64,000 bases of DNA. Origin: Squalus acanthias. Its lineage: Eukaryota. The position numbers were made by a program, and so were the translations under genes. The stretch covers positions 72,416,001 to 72,480,000 of the forward strand of contig CM059426.1 in NCBI GenBank assembly GCA_030390025.1. Direction: 5' to 3'. This document shows, in pieces, positions 59,790-64,000 of the stretch; within the stretch, counting starts at the first letter, position 1, and every line of letters starts with the position of its first letter. Under the pieces are notes generated by a model. The model was given only the letters and a program-made list of their open reading frames with translations. It had not been told where the DNA came from and searched no databases.

Positions 59790-62159
59790 CAGGAAACTCT
59801 TTGGTATCCGGCACCGACGGGCCCGGGATGGTGCCGGTTGATTAAAAATTCTGGATAACGGAGAGGGTTATCTACCAAGGCTATTTTTAACAAACAAAAA
59901 TAAAAACATCAAGAAATGTGCAGTATACAGTAATTGGGTACTCACCTACAGAATGTTGTGTTAAATGGATGGTGGAAGATGCTCGATTAAGTACAGTACT
60001 GCCAGTTGAGGGTAATCCATAACTCTTTAATTACTTAACAGTAAAACAAAACTTATAAACGACTGTATACAGTACTGTAGTTGACTGTACACTTATTCCA
60101 AGTCAGCTGGTTCATCAGGAATATCCATGCCAGCTGGGTCATCAGGATCATGCACTTCCATAGATTCTTCAGGCACTTCCGCTGCTTCAACTCTTTTGGA
60201 AGCTTTCTTAAACATGTCCCAGATGTCTGCTTGCTTAGTGGACTCTTGCCTTTTCTGTAGAAAGGTGGAATGCAGAATATGGAGGTGCATAACTTCTTGG
60301 GCAGAGTAGCAAGGCTGCCTTTCAGCAAATTGGAGGATTGAAGCAAATCCTTCTGCAGCTTTAGCCCAAGAAATCTTCTTCTCTTCAGAAATCTCATCCT
60401 CTTCACTTTCCTTCTCACTTTCCTTTTCTTTTTTTGGATTCAAAACATTCTCAATTATTTCATCATCACTTAGCATATGCACAACACCAACTTCTCTATC
60501 TGCATCAACCCACTGCTCGATATCACTTTCACTGAGGTGACGTAGAGGGTATGCTGGGCCTACATTTTTCACCATGCCAGCCATTTCCATTATTGTACTC
60601 TTCTTGGGACGAACATTGAACCCATGAAATTCCTCCTCTGAAGAAGAACCTTCAGCAAACATTACAGAAGGCCACAATTTGCGCCAGGCTTGCCTCAGAG
60701 TGTGACCTTTCACCAAGTTCCAGGAACATGCAACATTATAGATGGCATCTTTAAGATTGTATTCCTTCTGAAATGCGTGAATATTGTCATCTTGGTTTAT
60801 CAGTTTACGTAGGAAGTCTTTCTTGTAATGACACTTCAGATTTTGGATAACGCCCTGGTCCATGGGTTTTATGAGAAAAGTTACATTTGGTGGCAAATAA
60901 ATGGTGAAAATATTTCCCGAAACCAACTCGGATTCATGCGGATGGGCTCTACAATTATCAAGCAATAAAATGCATTTGCTATCTTCAGGTTTCCCTATTT
61001 TACGGAAATATTCCCTCACAGATGGAACAAAAATATGATGGAACCAATACAAAAAGATTTCCTTATCCATCCAAGCATTTTTTTGAGCTTTGTACTCAAC
61101 AGGTAAGTGCCTCACATTTTTAAATGCACGGGGATTTTTATACTTCCCAATAACAAGAAGTTTAACCCGGTGTGATCCAGCAGCGTTCGCACATGTTAGC
61201 ACGGTTACACGATCTTTATTTTTCTTGTAACCTGAAGCATTAGCCTCACTAGCCCGAGCAAGCGTTGATTCTGGCAAAAACCTCCAAAATAAGCCAGTTT
61301 CATCGGCATTATATATCTGTGCTGGCGACAAATCATGTTGCGGCACAATCCGATTGAAATAATCGCAGTATTCTTCTGCGGCTTCGTGATCAGCTGATTT
61401 CTTCTCCCCGGAAATATCGAGTCGTCGTATCCCGTGCCGTAACTTGAAGCACGTTAGCCATCCCTCGGAGAAAGCACACGTGTCAGTGAGCTCCATCCTT
61501 ACGTAGAAATCCTTCGCTTTCTCGATTAGCATGGGTCCGGAAAGTGGAACACCCTCTGAACGCTTAAGAGAAAACCACTCATAAAGCACGGTATCCAGCT
61601 CTTCAAGCTTAGGCTTACGAAGCGTACGCCGTTTCTCTACACTCTTAGATGTCTCCGAGTTTGAATAAAACTTGAGCAGCTTATCCTTCTGCGATTTGAT
61701 GTCGTAGATTGTTGACGAACCGATTTTGAATTCATTCATAATGTTGATACACTTCTCTCCCCTTTCTAGTCATTGGCATATCTCAATTTTCTGTTTTAAA
61801 GTTAACACCACTCTCTTCCTTTTGTTTGGACCAACTTTTGGGAATTCCATAATGCAAGATGGGGGAGATAATTCACGATAAAGATGGAGAGACACACAGA
61901 ACAATGGTGGATCGGAAGAGACTACCAGCAGCGCGGGAGAATCAGACTCCTGTTACTGCGGTGTTCGGACTTCTGACAGCGCCAGGAAGCCGAGTAGTGG
62001 CACTTTGGAGAACTACCCCCACTGACTAACTCGGCGTTCGTGGGAGACTCGGACTCGGCAACATTGCCGGTTATTGAGGAGTTGCTTTTCGGGGTATGAA
62101 TTTTGCCGGTTAATAGAGAATTCCGGATATTTAGGTGCCGTTTAAACGAGAGTTTCCTG
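59790..62159 (-). mobile_element. Full-length pogo/Tigger DNA transposon (2370 bp), JRK-like transposase
   Basis: TIRs CAGGAAACTCTTTGGTATCCGGCACC / CAGGAAACTCTCGTTTAAACGGCACC; TA on both sides; CR1 flanks rejoin when it is removed. Confidence 0.93.
60093..61739 (-). CDS. Jerky (JRK)-like pogo transposase, CENP-B-type HTH plus DD32D domain; ancestral start probably 61850 with a TGA at 61770-61772
   Basis: 548-aa open frame: [39 protein letters not shown] (32 residues between D2 and D3); in-frame upstream MEFPKVGPNKRKRVVLTLKQKIEICQ*LERGE. Confidence 0.9.
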   Translation of the reverse strand: MNEFKIGSSTIYDIKSQKDKLLKFYSNSETSKSVEKRRTLRKPKLEELDTVLYEWFSLKRSEGVPLSGPMLIEKAKDFYVRMELTDTCAFSEGWLTCFKLRHGIRRLDISGEKKSADHEAAEEYCDYFNRIVPQHDLSPAQIYNADETGLFWRFLPESTLARASEANASGYKKNKDRVTVLTCANAAGSHRVKLLVIGKYKNPRAFKNVRHLPVEYKAQKNAWMDKEIFLYWFHHIFVPSVREYFRKIGKPEDSKCILLLDNCRAHPHESELVSGNIFTIYLPPNVTFLIKPMDQGVIQNLKCHYKKDFLRKLINQDDNIHAFQKEYNLKDAIYNVACSWNLVKGHTLRQAWRKLWPSVMFAEGSSSEEEFHGFNVRPKKSTIMEMAGMVKNVGPAYPLRHLSESDIEQWVDADREVGVVHMLSDDEIIENVLNPKKEKESEKESEEDEISEEKKISWAKAAEGFASILQFAERQPCYSAQEVMHLHILHSTFLQKRQESTKQADIWDMFKKASKRVEAAEVPEESMEVHDPDDPAGMDIPDEPADLE

Positions 62160-63454
62160 TATCTCAAGATCCAATTAGCTATTCTTACTGCTGCTGTACT
62201 GCACTATTGGTTTCAATGAGCACAAATAGCCACTGAGTTCTCTCTTGTGTTTTGTTCTGCAACTTAGAACTATTTAGTTTATGTTCTCATGGTTTATTTC
62301 CCTATCCTGGCCCTATTAGCTTGACTTTGTCCACATTAAATGTCACTTATCACTCTTTAGGCCACCTTCTCAACCTATCCAGATCCCTTTGTATTTGGTT
62401 TGGCTCTTCACTATTGTTACTAATCCCCTCTAAAAAATGGTGTCATCTGTAAACTCAGACAGCTTTGTTTCTATCCCAGCTACCACTTATTTATACAGTG
62501 CATATAGTCCCAGCACTGCTCCCTGTGGCACCCTGCTAGTGATCAGTTGCCATTTCAATAGAGCTCCATTCACACCCACCTGTTGTTTTCCCTGGTTTTT
62601 CCAATTTTCAATCCACTTCAGAAGCTTGTCTCCTATCTCCTGCCTTCCTACACTCTGGATTAATAATTTGTGTGGAGCAGTCTCAAAATCCTTGATGAAA
62701 TCGAAATATATCACCTCCACAGAATTTCTATTGTTAGCAAGGCCCAGAATTTTGTCAAAGAGCTCCAGTAAATTTGTTAGACAAGACCTATAGACCATGC
62801 ATGGGCATGTGGCAGGTTTATGGCTATGGCTCTTCACATTATGAACTTTTCAATTTGGCCAGATCATCTGGTGGAGTTACTAATGGAAGCATTTTGGTTG
62901 CTTTCAGGAAAGGAAGGAAATTTAATTCAGAGTAGCATCTAGTGGCCTATTACAGGTCAAATCACTTGGCCACCCTTTTAAGGGTTTAACTTTCTCTGTG
63001 CGTTATTTTTAGCAGTTCCTGGCTGGGGTAGAGATTGCATCATACAAGAGGTAGGTACCAAATAATACAGTCATGGTAAATGTGGTCTCCTGGATTAGTT
63101 TTGATCGCCTAGAGGAATCAGAAAGGAATTTTGTTCCCTTTTTGGCCTTGGGTTTTTGATCTGGTTTTTCGCCTCTTCCAGGAAACTTTTGGCACCTAGA
63201 GGGTAAGGAGTGTCTTGACCTGATGCATAAAGCATCACAACTGTATGGGACAAGCTAAATGGACCAGCTAGTTTTTTCCAGTCCAATGTTTGCATATGTA
63301 AATTAAGAAAAAGTCAATCCTATTGATTGGAAAGCTGGGCACTTAGAGCAAATAAGGAGGTAAACCTAAAAAGGAAGGGGAAAAAGTGACTAATAAAAAG
63401 GGAGAAACAAAATAAATTGTTTCAGATTCTAGTAGCTCCACACAGTTTAGATAC

Positions 63455-64000
63455 ACATCTCACCCTCAGTAAGCTCCCCGCTGCAGTGGAGCTAATCTAC
63501 AGAACAAACGGGAAACTGTTCAACCTCCGTCGCCTCCAGTCCAGATCCAAGGTCATCCCATCCTCAGTCATCGAATTACAGTATGCAGACGACGCTTGCG
63601 TCTGCGCACACTCTGAGGTCGAACTCCAAACCATCGTCAACACCTTCACCGAAGCGTACGAGAGCATGGGCCTTACTCTAAACATCCGTAAGACAAAGGT
63701 CCTCTACCAACCTGCCCCTGTCACACAGTACTGCTCCCCGATTATCAAAATCCATGACGAGGCCTTGGACAACGTGGACCACTTTCCATGCCTCGAGAGC
63801 CTACTGTCAACAAGGGCAGACGTCGATGATGAAGTCCAACACCGCCTTCAGTGTGCCAGTGCAGCCTTCGGTCGCCTGAGGAAGAGAGTGTTTGAAGACC
63901 AGGACCTCAAACCCAGCACCAAGTTCATGGTCTACAGAGCAGTAGTGATTCCCGCCCTCCTGTATGCTTCAGAGATATGGACCATGTACAGCAGGCACCT
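63455..64000 (+). mobile_element. 5'-truncated RTE-clade LINE, running off the window
   Basis: Open frame VELIYRTNGKLFNLRRLQ...ELQYADDAC...GLTLNIRKTKV...ASAAFGRLRKRVF...KFMVYRAVVIPALLYASE. Confidence 0.88.

Larger units (their letters stand above)
58201..62790 (-). mobile_element. Old CR1 fragment split by a MITE, a SINE and the pogo transposon
   Basis: Pieces 58201-58244, 58942-59280 (SYEERLKSLELFTLEKR), 59636-59789 and 62160-62790 (ORF 62487-62837, YFDFIKDFETAPH, VPQG) are collinear. Confidence 0.75.

Noticed and set aside
60093-61850. Calling this the host gene JRK or a TIGD gene
   Set aside because: TIRs, TA duplication, insertion into a CR1, a matching MITE and a nonsense codon indicate a transposon copy.

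Overview
Vertebrate genomic DNA, most likely a cartilaginous fish given the repeat set (HER1-type CR1 LINEs, HE1/V-SINEs, SacSINE1-like DeuSINEs). The only recognisable host gene is the 5' end of ADAMTS6 on the minus strand: coding exons 22694-22790, 21548-21912 and 20290-20461 (signal peptide plus pro-domain), a uORF-rich 5'UTR, and a TE-poor promoter region to about 32.4 kb. The next coding exon was not found and presumably lies left of the window. Most of the rest is nested mobile DNA: many CR1 copies, another CR1/L2-group LINE, an RTE, a Penelope 3' end with a minimal hammerhead ribozyme, a decayed two-gene PIF/Harbinger element with five related MITEs, and a 2.37-kb TIR- and TA-bounded pogo/Tigger transposon with a companion MITE. 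The pogo transposase is the most interesting feature: it closely resembles the domesticated mammalian protein JRK (Jerky) but keeps its DDD triad and has only one visible nonsense codon. Family assignments come from recalled motifs and sequences; no database search was run.
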